DNA of 64,000 nucleotides from Candidatus Omnitrophota bacterium (GTDB lineage: Bacteria; Omnitrophota; Gorgyraeia; Zapsychrales; JANLHA01), in the NCBI GenBank assembly GCA_020632555.1, contig JACKFI010000001.1, positions 133,152-197,151 on the forward strand. The letters run 5' to 3'. The notes beneath the pieces were generated by a model. It ran no database searches and was not told the DNA's origin. It saw only the letters and a list, made by a program, of their open reading frames with translations. This document shows, piece after piece, positions 1-10,462 of the stretch; the first letter of the stretch is position 1; each line of letters starts with the position of its first letter. Both the position numbers and the translations under genes were made by a program.

Positions 1-301
1 CCAAGAATCCAAAGGTGACAGCCAAAGCACCAAAATTAAGGCCTACGCATTGGGCCGCCAAAATAATTCCAAAAAAGACAATAGAATAATGGACAATCCG
101 CTGAAATGTATACGTGATACCTGCAGAAAGTTTCAGCTTCTTAGCAATTTGCACAGCAATAATGCGCTGCAGAATCATGGAGGTCAACAAAGCCGTAATA
201 AAAATAAAGACGGCGCTACCGATCCCCCCAAAAGTCACCGGCGTTGTCCCAATGTGCACAATGGGCAAATTGATCCATTGAACAACTTGTTCAAATGTCA
301 T
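1..301 (-). CDS. MscS-like mechanosensitive channel, N-terminal part (3' end runs off window)
   Basis: Minus-strand ORF not in supplied track because no stop occurs inside the window. ATG at 299-301 is preceded by AGGAGA and lies directly after the glgB stop. Translation MTFEQVVQWINLPIVHIGTTPVTFGGIGSAVFIFITALLTSMILQRIIAVQIAKKL... looks like an MscS-type TM region. Confidence 0.4.
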   Translation of the reverse strand, partial: MTFEQVVQWINLPIVHIGTTPVTFGGIGSAVFIFITALLTSMILQRIIAVQIAKKLKLSAGITYTFQRIVHYSIVFFGIILAAQCVGLNFGALAVTFGFL

Positions 302-313
302 TTTATCTCCTGG

Positions 314-2290
314 TTACTGTTTCTTAAAAACAACGATGCCCAAAGGCGGCAAGGTCAACGATAAAGAATGATAAAACCCGTGAATCGCAACCGGGTCACT
401 GTCTTTGCCGCCGCAATTGCCCTGCCCGCTGCCCCCGTATTCTTGCGCGTCAGTGTTGAGAATTTCACGCCAATAACCCGATTGGGGCACACCCACCCGA
501 TACGCTAAACGAACCGCTGGCGTAAAATTACAAACAATCAAAATATCCTCGCTGGAATCCTGCGTTTTTCTTAAAAAACTAATAATACTTTGCTGAGCGT
601 CGCTGGCATCCACACAATGAAAACCCGCAGCAGAGAAATCTGTTTGATACAGCGCCGGTTCTCGTTTATACAAAGCATTCAAGTCTTTGACACACCGCTG
701 CAACCCCGAATGCGCCGGATAACTTAACAAATGCCAATCCAAACTCTTTTCATGATTCCATTCGGTCCATTGCCCTATTTCACTGCCCATAAACAATAAT
801 TTCTTGCCCGGATGGGTAAACATATAAGCAAACAATAAACGCAAATTCGCGAACTTCTGCCAAAGATCGCCGGGCATCTTATTGATCAATGACCCTTTGC
901 CGTGAACCACCTCATCATGCGACAAAGACAAAACAAAATTTTCTGTAAAAGCATACAAATAACTAAACGTCAGCTCACCGTGATGATATTTGCGATAAAT
1001 CGGATCTTGCGCAAAATAACTCAAAGTGTCATGCATCCATCCCATATTCCACTTCATCCCAAAACCCAAACCGCCCAAATACAAAGGCCGCGAAACCGAC
1101 GGCCAAGCAGTAGATTCTTCGGCAATCACTTGCGTATCCGGGAAATATTCATACACCGTTTTATTAAGTTGTTTTAAAAAATCAATCGATTCTAAATTTT
1201 CGCGTCCGCCGTATTTATTGGGAATCCATTCTCCGGCTTTACGTGAATAATCCCGATACAGCATGGAAGCGACCGCGTCAACGCGCAAGCCATCCACATG
1301 GTATTTTTCCAGCCAAAAAATAGCGCTGGAAATCAAAAACTCTTTGACCTCCACTCGCCCGCAATTGAAAATATAACTTTTCCAATCTGGATGAAAACCC
1401 TCTCGCTCATCAGCATGCTCATACAACTTGGTGCCGTCGAAATAAACCAACCCATGCTCATCCGACGGAAAATGCGATGGAACCCAATCCAAAATAACGC
1501 CAATATCATTCTGGTGCAGCATATCAATCAAAAACATAAAATCCTGCGGCGTGCCATAACGATTGGTCGGCGCGAAATACCCAATCGACTGATAACCCCA
1601 AGATCCATAAAACGGATGCTCCATCACCGGCAAAAATTCAACATGCGTGAAACCAATCTCTTTGATGTAATCCACCAACTGTTGCGCCAACTCCCGATAG
1701 GTCAAATACCGGTTGTTTTCTTCAATCACCCGACGCCAAGACCCCAAATGAATTTCATAAATTGACATCGGTTTATCCAAAGCGTTATGTTGATAACGCT
1801 TCTTCATCCACTGCTGGTCATTCCACGTATTATCCAAATCCCAAACGATCGATGCTGTCTTGGGAGGATTTTCATTAAAAAATGCGTATGGATCGCGTTT
1901 CTCTACGGAATAATTTTGATTATTCGAAACAATCGAATACTTATAAAGCGCACCCTTACCTATCCCTTCGATAAACCCTTCCCATATCCCTGAAGAATCC
2001 CAGCGGGCAAATAAAGGATGTTGTCCTTTGGTCCAATAATTAAAATCGCCGACAACCGAAACCGACTGAGCATTGGGCGCCCAAACCGCGAAATGCACAC
2101 CGCGTTTTCCATCTTTCTCAATGCAATGAGAACCCAACTTTTCATAAAGCTTTAAGTGATTACCTTCCCGAAATAAATAAATATCATGATCGGTAATAAA
2201 ACTCTGATTTTCTATCGGTACTTGCATAGTCCTTGTATTGACAATTGGCGCTACAACCGTATTCTTTATTTTGCTTTTCCCTGCCATCAT
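314..2290 (-). CDS. glgB: 1,4-alpha-glucan branching enzyme
   Basis: 658 aa; GH13 branching-enzyme blocks (GFTHVEFLPVMEHPFYGSWGYQ..., VILDWVPSHF, GLRVDAVASM) and N-terminal CBM48-like region. Confidence 0.9.
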   Translation of the reverse strand: MMAGKSKIKNTVVAPIVNTRTMQVPIENQSFITDHDIYLFREGNHLKLYEKLGSHCIEKDGKRGVHFAVWAPNAQSVSVVGDFNYWTKGQHPLFARWDSSGIWEGFIEGIGKGALYKYSIVSNNQNYSVEKRDPYAFFNENPPKTASIVWDLDNTWNDQQWMKKRYQHNALDKPMSIYEIHLGSWRRVIEENNRYLTYRELAQQLVDYIKEIGFTHVEFLPVMEHPFYGSWGYQSIGYFAPTNRYGTPQDFMFLIDMLHQNDIGVILDWVPSHFPSDEHGLVYFDGTKLYEHADEREGFHPDWKSYIFNCGRVEVKEFLISSAIFWLEKYHVDGLRVDAVASMLYRDYSRKAGEWIPNKYGGRENLESIDFLKQLNKTVYEYFPDTQVIAEESTAWPSVSRPLYLGGLGFGMKWNMGWMHDTLSYFAQDPIYRKYHHGELTFSYLYAFTENFVLSLSHDEVVHGKGSLINKMPGDLWQKFANLRLLFAYMFTHPGKKLLFMGSEIGQWTEWNHEKSLDWHLLSYPAHSGLQRCVKDLNALYKREPALYQTDFSAAGFHCVDASDAQQSIISFLRKTQDSSEDILIVCNFTPAVRLAYRVGVPQSGYWREILNTDAQEYGGSGQGNCGGKDSDPVAIHGFYHSLSLTLPPLGIVVFKKQ

Positions 2291-2297
2291 GGCCCCC

Positions 2298-5200
2298 TTA
2301 CGTGTCAGTGTTATTAATCGCCAAAATATACTTAATGCCTTTGATCGGAATAATCGTTTTGTCCGGCCGATTATTCAATTCATAACCCAGTTCATAAACA
2401 GCTTTATCCAAAAGGAAAATATCCAATAACAAAGCAATTTCGTCACGATCTTGCGGAATAAAACACAACGGCTGCTCAACATCCAAATAGGATTGAATAA
2501 AAAGCTGGCTGGCCCAAAAGTACCACGCGTGCGCCCACGGTTCGAGAAATTTTAAATCATCCTCCGGCAAGGTTGACTTGAGTAAAAGCGAACTCAACGC
2601 GGCATAATGAAACGACCGAATCATTCCGGCAATATCACGAAACGCTGAGCGTTTCAATTTTCGTTCAGAAACCGAACGGCTGGGCTCTCCTTCAAAATCA
2701 ATCACGGTAAAATCTTTACCGGTAAAAAGAACTTGACCCAAATGATAATCCCCATGAATACGAATTTTGGAAGCAGAAAATTTTTTATCTTTGATGCGCA
2801 TAAAACTTTTGAGAATCAATTTCTCACTGTCCATCACATCCAAAGCTTCTTTTCGCAAATGTTGCGGCAAACGGCTCTGCTGCAACTGTAACGTTTGAAA
2901 CACTCGTTTCAATTGCCCTTGCATCGACTGCAAAACAGAACGTTGATACAAAACGGTGGAATCTTCCGGAGCAAAATCAGGATCATCCTCTGAAGAAATC
3001 GCTTGATGCATCTGGCGCGTCCTTTGTCCTAATAGTTGAATCATCTGCGGGAATATCGGATCCAAAGCTTCTTGCAAAATCTTGGCACTTTCGATAGGCT
3101 CCACCTGCAATAAAGAAACAGGAACAACAGGAACCGCTTGATATTTGTCCTTATTCGACAAAATGTTTTCATAAAACCGACCCAACTGATCCATGAAATA
3201 CGCCCACGCATCTCCCTGATTAGGAACAAAATGACTTAAAAGCGCAACGGTCACCGGCTCAGATTTGGTGGACGCATATTGAATCGCGCCGGCGTACGCG
3301 GAAATATTTTTAAATCGCGTTTTTTCCGTTAAAAACTGCGTGATTTCTAAATCCGGGTTGATACCTTCTTTCACCTGCCGAAAGAACTTGAGAAACAACT
3401 CTTGCCCATAAATGATCGAAGAATTGCTTTGCTCGGCTTTCAGAACCTTTGACCCCAAAGGTTCTGGTTGACTCTTCAGCAAAGCCTTCACCGATTTACC
3501 CGGATAAAACAGCAAACGACCTTCCCGGCCGGTTAATCTTTTGCGATTAGCGATGTATTCTAAAAACAAAATTCGCAATGAAGCGCTATAAATTCCGTCG
3601 TAAAGATAGCCTTGTTCATTGTCAGAAACAACCTGCGCGATCAAACATTGCGGTTGTTCACTCACCAATCCTTCCATACGGCTTTTTTCTTCATACGCCA
3701 AAACCAAAGAATACGCTTGAGTCAACCCGTCAAATAGCACAACATTCACAAACACAAAATAAGCTTTTTGATCGGGAATATCGAAGATATCCATAATCTT
3801 GATGGTTCTAATCGAGCTGGCTTTTTGACCAAACCAGCGGCATTTTTTAAAATATTGCGGCAAAACTTGATTCTCAATTTGATCCTTCAACTCTCTTTCA
3901 AAAATCTCGCTCCAGCGATCATTGACATTCAACGTCGGCATTTCTTGTTCCTGATTAACACCGACAGACGATGTTTCTTGTTTCAACAAAAACCAAAAAT
4001 GCGTATACGAACCTAACGTCACCAGATAGGGAGATTGCGTGATCTTGGGAAACTTGTTCTGGCTAAAGATTTCTTCTGGAATATAACCGGCATAGTCGGG
4101 CAGGTTTAATTCCACTGCCTGCGAGAATCGAGACAAATTGATCACGCACAATATGGTTTCTTCTTCATATTTGCGAATAAATACCAAGACTTTTTTATTA
4201 TCTGTATAAAGAAAATCCACGCTCCCGCGGCTAAACGCTTTAAACTTTTTGCGCATATAAATCACACGACGCATCCACCATAACAAGGATGAAAGATTGG
4301 CATCTTGATTCTCGACATTCACACTGCTGTATTGATATTCTGGATCAATCACAACCGGCAAATACAAGCGCTGCGGATTAGCTTGCGAAAAACCGGCGTT
4401 TTTATCCGGGCTCCATTGCATCGGCGTACGAACCCCATTGCGATCCCCTAAATAAAAATTATCGCCCATCCCGATTTCATCGCCGTAATAAATAATGGGT
4501 GTCCCCGGCAAAGAAAACAACAGCACATTCATCAGCTCGACCTTTTTACGATTATTCCCCAAAAGCGGCACCAGCCGACGACGAATCCCCACATTAATCT
4601 TAGCTTTAGAATCCTTGGCAAAAGAGCTGTACATATAATCTCTTTCCTCATCGGTCACCATTTCCAAAGTCAACTCATCATGATTTCGCAAAAAAATCGC
4701 CCACTGGCAGGGTTCCGGAATAGCCGGTGTTTGTTCCAGAATATCTTTAATGGGAAAACTGTCTTCCATCTGCATGGCCATAAACATTCGCGGCATCAAA
4801 GGAAAATGAAACGCCATTTGGCAAGAATCCCCATCCCCAAAATACGCAGCAGCATCTTCCGGCCATTGATTGGCTTCCGCCAAAAGCATTCTGTTTTTAA
4901 ATTTACTGTCCACATACGCCCGCAACTTTTTTAGAAATGCGTACGTTTCGGGAAGATTTTCACAATTTGTTCCCTCGCGCTCATACAAATACGGCACCGC
5001 GTCCAAACGCATACCGTCGACACCCATGCCCAGCCAGAAATCAACCACTTTAAAAAGCTCTTTATGCACTTGCGGATTATCAAAATTCAAATCCGGCTGA
5101 TGCGAATAAAACCGATGCCAATAATACGATTTGGCCAGCGGATCCCACGTCCAATTGGATGTCTCGAAGTCTTTGAAAATAATGCGGGCTTCTTTGTATT

Positions 5201-5621
5201 TCTTGGGATTATCGCTCCAGACGTAATAATCGCGCAACACAGAACCCGGTTTAGCCAAACGCGCTCTCTGAAACCACGCGTGCTGGTCAGAGGTATGATT
5301 GACAACCAACTCCGTTATCACGCGAATCCCATGAGCGTGAGCGGCATTGAGAAATTCTTTAAAATCTTTAATGTTTCCATATTGCGGATGGACATCAAAG
5401 TAATCGGCAATATCATAGCCATCATCCCGCAAAGGTGACGGATAGAACGGCAATACCCAAATCGCGGTAACCCCTAACTTTTGCAAGTGATCCAATTTCT
5501 GTGTCAGTCCGCGAATATCTCCGATGCCGTCGGCATTGCTATCGTAAAAAGACTTGATATGAACCTGGTAAACAACCGCGTCTTTATACCACAAAGCATC
5601 TTCTTTAAGTTTTTTAATCAT
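2298..5621 (-). CDS. treS: Trehalose synthase fused to maltokinase (TreS-Pep2/Mak fusion)
   Basis: 1107 aa. N-terminal GH13 trehalose-synthase region (AVVYQVHIKSFYDSNADGIGDIRG..., GMRLDAVPYL, LRNHDELTLE). C-terminal ~450 aa is aminoglycoside-phosphotransferase-like, consistent with a maltokinase. Confidence 0.8.
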   Translation of the reverse strand: MIKKLKEDALWYKDAVVYQVHIKSFYDSNADGIGDIRGLTQKLDHLQKLGVTAIWVLPFYPSPLRDDGYDIADYFDVHPQYGNIKDFKEFLNAAHAHGIRVITELVVNHTSDQHAWFQRARLAKPGSVLRDYYVWSDNPKKYKEARIIFKDFETSNWTWDPLAKSYYWHRFYSHQPDLNFDNPQVHKELFKVVDFWLGMGVDGMRLDAVPYLYEREGTNCENLPETYAFLKKLRAYVDSKFKNRMLLAEANQWPEDAAAYFGDGDSCQMAFHFPLMPRMFMAMQMEDSFPIKDILEQTPAIPEPCQWAIFLRNHDELTLEMVTDEERDYMYSSFAKDSKAKINVGIRRRLVPLLGNNRKKVELMNVLLFSLPGTPIIYYGDEIGMGDNFYLGDRNGVRTPMQWSPDKNAGFSQANPQRLYLPVVIDPEYQYSSVNVENQDANLSSLLWWMRRVIYMRKKFKAFSRGSVDFLYTDNKKVLVFIRKYEEETILCVINLSRFSQAVELNLPDYAGYIPEEIFSQNKFPKITQSPYLVTLGSYTHFWFLLKQETSSVGVNQEQEMPTLNVNDRWSEIFERELKDQIENQVLPQYFKKCRWFGQKASSIRTIKIMDIFDIPDQKAYFVFVNVVLFDGLTQAYSLVLAYEEKSRMEGLVSEQPQCLIAQVVSDNEQGYLYDGIYSASLRILFLEYIANRKRLTGREGRLLFYPGKSVKALLKSQPEPLGSKVLKAEQSNSSIIYGQELFLKFFRQVKEGINPDLEITQFLTEKTRFKNISAYAGAIQYASTKSEPVTVALLSHFVPNQGDAWAYFMDQLGRFYENILSNKDKYQAVPVVPVSLLQVEPIESAKILQEALDPIFPQMIQLLGQRTRQMHQAISSEDDPDFAPEDSTVLYQRSVLQSMQGQLKRVFQTLQLQQSRLPQHLRKEALDVMDSEKLILKSFMRIKDKKFSASKIRIHGDYHLGQVLFTGKDFTVIDFEGEPSRSVSERKLKRSAFRDIAGMIRSFHYAALSSLLLKSTLPEDDLKFLEPWAHAWYFWASQLFIQSYLDVEQPLCFIPQDRDEIALLLDIFLLDKAVYELGYELNNRPDKTIIPIKGIKYILAINNTDT

Positions 5622-5658
5622 ACCGTCCTCTGAATGTTAACCGGAAAGTTTCATCAAA

Positions 5659-7635
5659 CTAAGCTTGTTGAACACTAAAAATATGTGCTGGCATTTTATA
5701 AGGATTTAACTCAACAAAATTCCATTCTCCCTGCCAGCTGTACTCATCACTGGTCAACAAATCCACGACCTTATAAGATTGATCATAGGCAAAACCCCAC
5801 TGCCCTAAAGGCAACTTGACTGTACCAGCCTGCGTATTGGCGCTATCCAAATTGACAATGACCAAAATAATATTTTTCGAATCATCAGTCTTTTTATAAT
5901 ACGCAATCAGATTATCATTATTCACATCGCAAAATTTCACATTCCATGTTGTTTGCAAAGCTGGATTTCGTTTACGAATACGATTGATGCGCGTCATAAT
6001 ATCTTTAAGATTTTGCGGCTCATTCCAATTCCACTGTTTGATTTCATACTTTTCCGAATCAAAATACTCTTCTTTGCCGGCCACCGGAGTATTAACACAA
6101 AGCTCATAAGCCGGTCCATAAAGACCATAATTCGACGATAATGTCGCCGCTAAAATCAATCGGCTGATAAAAGCCGGACGGCCGCCAGTTTGCAAATGAT
6201 ACGGTAAAATATCTGGAGTATTTGGCCAAAAATTCGGCCGAAAATATTCCCGAGATTCCGTTTGCGTCAATTCGGTCATATATTCAATAAGTTCCGCCTT
6301 ACTGACCCGCCAGGTAAAATATGTATAGGATTGATGAAACCCTACTTTTCCTAATTGCTTCATAATATTCGGACGAGTAAAGGCTTCGGCGAGAAAAACA
6401 ACTTCCGGATGGTTCTTATGCGTTTCTCCAATCATCCATTGCCAAAAAGCAAATGGCTTGGTGTGCGGATTATCCACCCGAAAAATCGTAATCCCCTGGT
6501 CAATCCAAAAATCCACAATACTTTTTAACTCTTGCCATAATTCGAATGAATTCGAACAATAAAAATTGACCGGATACACATCTTCATATTTTTTAGGAGG
6601 ATTTTCGGCATATTGAATCGTGCCATCCGGCCTTTGGTAAAACCATTCGGGATGCTCTTTAACATAAGGATGATCCGGCGAACATTGATAAGCAATATCA
6701 ATCGAAACTTCTAAACCCAGCGAATTGGCTTTTTTGATAAAGCGATGAAAATCATCCATCGTTCCCAAACGAGCGTCAATAGCTTTATGGCCGCCCCCCT
6801 GACCTCCAATAGCCCAGGGACTGCCCGGATCATTGGGCCCGCCGACACGCGCATTATTCTTTCCCTTACGATGCGTTGTCCCGATCGGATGAATCGGCGG
6901 CAAATAAATCACATCAAATCCCATGCGCGCGATTTCCGGTAAAATGGCTTCACAATCTTTAAACGTTCCATGTTTCCCATTCTTGCCAAAGGAACGCGGA
7001 AAAAACTCATACCAACTGCTTAATAAAGCTTTGGGACTGTTGACCTGAACTTTTAAAACTTTGTCATAACAGACATATGAGGCCGTATCTGGTGTTGCTT
7101 GAGTTAAACTCAACAGCTGGGCACTCAATAGCAATGTCTGTTTCTGATTGGAATTGGAAGCCTTTTGTATTTCCTCCAGCAAAGATTTAATACGCTCAAC
7201 CTCTTTACCCTTTTCTTGTTCAACAATATGTTTTAAATAATTGATCCCGATCAGGATATCAACCGTGACATCTTGGCCGGCTTCAATCCGCTTTTTAAAA
7301 TCTTTTTGCCAGGTTTCAAAATGATTAACCCAGGCCTCAATGCAATATTCATGATCAGATTGTTCCGTAATCACAAAATCCGCCCGCCAACGATCATTGC
7401 CCAAACTCGTCATGGGCAATTTCTTCCAAGCTTTTTCTCCCAACTTCCTGTATAAAAGCACCGCGTTGACACTGTCATGCCCTTCGGTATAGATATCCGC
7501 CATTACCGCAACCTGCTCCTGCGGCACACGTTTAATAGGAAACACGCCCCCATCAATCTCAGGCGCAAGATGCTCAATAATCACGCGTTGAAAAGTATGT
7601 TTTGCGTTCGCCGTCTTTAACTGTGTCATAAACAC
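5659..7635 (-). CDS. glgE: Alpha-1,4-glucan:maltose-1-phosphate maltosyltransferase
   Basis: 658 aa; GlgE-like N-terminus and GH13_3 core (GFDVIYLPPIHPIG, RVDNPHTKP); contiguous with the treS-mak fusion and glgB. Confidence 0.8.
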   Translation of the reverse strand: MFMTQLKTANAKHTFQRVIIEHLAPEIDGGVFPIKRVPQEQVAVMADIYTEGHDSVNAVLLYRKLGEKAWKKLPMTSLGNDRWRADFVITEQSDHEYCIEAWVNHFETWQKDFKKRIEAGQDVTVDILIGINYLKHIVEQEKGKEVERIKSLLEEIQKASNSNQKQTLLLSAQLLSLTQATPDTASYVCYDKVLKVQVNSPKALLSSWYEFFPRSFGKNGKHGTFKDCEAILPEIARMGFDVIYLPPIHPIGTTHRKGKNNARVGGPNDPGSPWAIGGQGGGHKAIDARLGTMDDFHRFIKKANSLGLEVSIDIAYQCSPDHPYVKEHPEWFYQRPDGTIQYAENPPKKYEDVYPVNFYCSNSFELWQELKSIVDFWIDQGITIFRVDNPHTKPFAFWQWMIGETHKNHPEVVFLAEAFTRPNIMKQLGKVGFHQSYTYFTWRVSKAELIEYMTELTQTESREYFRPNFWPNTPDILPYHLQTGGRPAFISRLILAATLSSNYGLYGPAYELCVNTPVAGKEEYFDSEKYEIKQWNWNEPQNLKDIMTRINRIRKRNPALQTTWNVKFCDVNNDNLIAYYKKTDDSKNIILVIVNLDSANTQAGTVKLPLGQWGFAYDQSYKVVDLLTSDEYSWQGEWNFVELNPYKMPAHIFSVQQA

Positions 7636-7671
7636 CTACTTTCTCTAAAGTTAAAACATCGGTGCATTATA

Positions 7672-8268
7672 CTATGCTTGAATCCCACGCAGGAAAATTT
7701 CCCACAAAACTTCGGCTTTATTTAATGGAAATACAGTGTAATTCGTCAAAGAGTACAAAATAATACATGTTTGAATCAGTCCAAAAAAAGCCAAACTCGC
7801 GACTTCCAAATCCGTCTCTGGACGCACTTCTTTCTGTTGCCGAGCTTGCTCAAGAATACTTCTGATCTTAAGCTGATAGCGCCGCACAACATCAAGAACT
7901 TTCTTGGTCAATACCTTATCTTTAAAATGAATCGACTCAGAAGTGATCGCAAAAAAAATGCCTTTTTTACGCTCCGAAAGAAATAAATGCGCCTTCATAA
8001 TTTCTTTGAGCTGCTCGATCGGATCAACAGTTGAAGCAATGGATTGGGCCACGCCATCACTTAAAGTTCCTTCAAAATCTTCAATCAAAGCACCTAAAAT
8101 CGCTCGTTTATTATCAAAATGCCGATACAAAGCCGGCTCAGAAATCTTCATTTTTGAAGAGAGATTCTTCATCGTCAAAGCTTTGATGCCTTGATGAATA
8201 ATCAAATCCCGAGCGGTGTCGATGATTTCTCTCTTGCGAATATCTGTGGGTTTTTTTGTCATAGTCAT
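7672..8268 (-). CDS. TetR/AcrR family transcriptional regulator
   Basis: 198 aa; N-terminal TetR HTH signature (REIIDTARDLIIHQGIKALTMKNLSSKMKISEPALYRHFDNKRAIL). Confidence 0.8.
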   Translation of the reverse strand: MTMTKKPTDIRKREIIDTARDLIIHQGIKALTMKNLSSKMKISEPALYRHFDNKRAILGALIEDFEGTLSDGVAQSIASTVDPIEQLKEIMKAHLFLSERKKGIFFAITSESIHFKDKVLTKKVLDVVRRYQLKIRSILEQARQQKEVRPETDLEVASLAFFGLIQTCIILYSLTNYTVFPLNKAEVLWEIFLRGIQA

Positions 8269-8343
8269 GTTAGTTAATGATAACTAACATAATGTAACAG
8301 AGTCTGATTCATCTGTCAACCACAACCTTAAAAAAGTCTTGCT

Positions 8344-9021
8344 TCACAGCACATTTTCTTTGCGACCTTTTAGGAATTTCTGCAAAACATAGACTCCTGC
8401 TAATAGGACAACAGCGACACCCACCTTCCAAATATGCTGCGGATTAGCAATAACGCTAATAAAAGAAGAGCCAAAATACACCAAAGCAAATGAGCCGGGC
8501 ATAATGCCAAAGAATGTGGCTAAAAAATAATCGCGAAACTTAACCTTGGTCAAACCTAAGCCAAGATTTTGAATATCCCAAGGCAAATTAGGAATCAACC
8601 GTATCAACAACACCGTTACAAACCCCCGTTTCTCAATAGCCACATCTATATTGCCCATTTTGCCTTTGAGCAATTTTTCAACCGCGTCCCGAGCCAGATA
8701 GCGCGCAATAAAAAATTCTCCCACCGCTGACAAATTCGCCGCAATCAATAAATACATAAAACCCTGCACGCCCCAAATCACACCAGCAGAAGCTGACAAT
8801 AGTGAAGCAGGAAAAAGAATCAACGGGCGAGCGATATAAAAAATGATATAAATCACCGGCCCCCAAATCCCGAAACCTTGGATGATTTCCCTGAATCTCT
8901 CCGGCGTCATCCCTGAAAAATCAATATGCAAAGCCCGCACCAAAATAAACATAGCCACCAGCAGATTCATCCCAATCAATAATTTCAACCACGGATTTTT
9001 CTTCATCAAGTCATCTCGCAA
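8344..9021 (-). CDS. DedA/TVP38/TMEM64 family membrane protein
   Basis: 225 aa polytopic membrane protein with SNARE-associated/DedA-like features. Confidence 0.65.
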   Translation of the reverse strand: MRDDLMKKNPWLKLLIGMNLLVAMFILVRALHIDFSGMTPERFREIIQGFGIWGPVIYIIFYIARPLILFPASLLSASAGVIWGVQGFMYLLIAANLSAVGEFFIARYLARDAVEKLLKGKMGNIDVAIEKRGFVTVLLIRLIPNLPWDIQNLGLGLTKVKFRDYFLATFFGIMPGSFALVYFGSSFISVIANPQHIWKVGVAVVLLAGVYVLQKFLKGRKENVL

Positions 9022-9030
9022 TTTCTCTAT

Positions 9031-10452
9031 TTATTTAAGCAAATAGGTTGCAATCTTAATCAAAGGACTTTGAGCGGCCAAATACGTCCCGCTGACCTTT
9101 TTATTAATCTGTGCCAGCGTCGGATAAACATGCATCGCTTTTTCAATTTTGCCAATGTCAACCTTGGCATGGATTGCCGCAACCCATTCATGAATCAATT
9201 CGCCGGCGTGAAGGCCAACAATTTGTGCTCCAATGATTTTCCGTTTGATATCAGTCAACAATTTGATAAATCCCTGCGTTGCCCCCTCAGCCAAAGCGCG
9301 ATCCAAATGAGCAAAGTCATATTTATAAACCTTGTATTGAATTCCCGCCTGCTGGGCCATGGTTTCATTTAAGCCAACACAAGCGACCTCTGGATCAGTA
9401 AACGTACACCACGGCACAGCAGTATAATCGGTTTTCAACAGCGGCCATGGCAATTTGGCATTTAAAGCGGCAATTCTCGCATCATATTCTGCGACATGCG
9501 TGAATAAAAACCCGCCTTTGCAATCTCCACAGGCATAAATATTTTTCGCCGTGGTTTGCAGGTTCCGATTCACTGTGATGCCCTGCGGTGCGTATTGAAC
9601 ACCCGCTTTTTCTAAATCCAATCCCGCAACATTGGGCTGCCGTCCCGTCGCAACCAGTAATCTTTGGGCTAATACCTTTTTCATATTGCCCTGATATTCC
9701 ATCGTGACTTCGATCCCCTCACCTGCTTTGCACACCTTTTGCGCTTTTGCTTGCACAAAGAACTCAATGCCTTCTTTAGCCAATAGCTCATGGACATAAG
9801 ACGAAACATCCGGGTCTTCCTTGGGCAGAATACAATCGGCAAACTCGATGACGGTGACTTTTGATCCCAAGCGCGAAAACGATTGCGCCATTTCCATACC
9901 AATGGGTCCCCCGCCCAAGACAATCAGAGATGCCGGCAACTTATCCAGCAAGAAAATTTCAACATTGGTGATAAAAGGAACATCTTTTAGTCCTTCAATG
10001 GGCAAGATCCGAGCCGATGAGCCCGTGGCTAAAATAATTTTTTTAGCAGTAATCTTTGCTCCGTTGCATTCAAGCGTGCGACTATCTAAAAATCTTGGCG
10101 AACCAAAGCGTGTTTCAATATTGTATTGCTTTTTAAATGCCTCGGGGGAATCATGCTTTTGTATGCCGGCGATAATGCCCTGAATGCGATCCCGGACCTT
10201 GGGAAAATCCACCGGTTCAATAGGAACTTTCGGCAAACCATACTGCTGGACCTGTTTCATCAAGTGATAAACGTTTGCACTTTTAATCAATGATTTCGAC
10301 GGTATACAACCATAATGCAAACAATCGCCGCCCAATTTTTCTTCTTTTTCAATCAACAATGTTTTGGAACCCAGCTGCGCTGACCAAATAGATGACGTTA
10401 ACCCTGCCGCCCCACCGCCGATCACCACCATATCAAAAGAAAAGTCTGCCAT
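9031..10452 (-). CDS. FAD-dependent pyridine nucleotide-disulfide oxidoreductase (dihydrolipoyl dehydrogenase/MerA-like)
   Basis: 473 aa; FAD Rossmann motif VIGGGAAG; redox-active CX4C (GGDCLHYGCIPSK); second NAD-binding GXGXXG (VLGGGPIGMEMA); C-terminal dimerisation region. Confidence 0.75.
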   Translation of the reverse strand: MADFSFDMVVIGGGAAGLTSSIWSAQLGSKTLLIEKEEKLGGDCLHYGCIPSKSLIKSANVYHLMKQVQQYGLPKVPIEPVDFPKVRDRIQGIIAGIQKHDSPEAFKKQYNIETRFGSPRFLDSRTLECNGAKITAKKIILATGSSARILPIEGLKDVPFITNVEIFLLDKLPASLIVLGGGPIGMEMAQSFSRLGSKVTVIEFADCILPKEDPDVSSYVHELLAKEGIEFFVQAKAQKVCKAGEGIEVTMEYQGNMKKVLAQRLLVATGRQPNVAGLDLEKAGVQYAPQGITVNRNLQTTAKNIYACGDCKGGFLFTHVAEYDARIAALNAKLPWPLLKTDYTAVPWCTFTDPEVACVGLNETMAQQAGIQYKVYKYDFAHLDRALAEGATQGFIKLLTDIKRKIIGAQIVGLHAGELIHEWVAAIHAKVDIGKIEKAMHVYPTLAQINKKVSGTYLAAQSPLIKIATYLLK

Positions 10453-10462
10453 AAATCTCTCC

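Noticed and set aside
50-364. 104-aa plus-strand ORF at the left edge
   Set aside because: It is antisense to the better-supported minus-strand MscS-like gene, which has SD AGGAGA plus ATG at 299-301 and abuts the glgB stop. Composition and position favour the minus-strand gene.
902-5438. Numerous 60-155 aa plus-strand ORFs inside glgB and treS, e.g. 1298-1765, 3578-4016, 4680-5438
   Set aside because: They are antisense shadows within long, motif-supported minus-strand genes. They have low-complexity translations and no independent signals.
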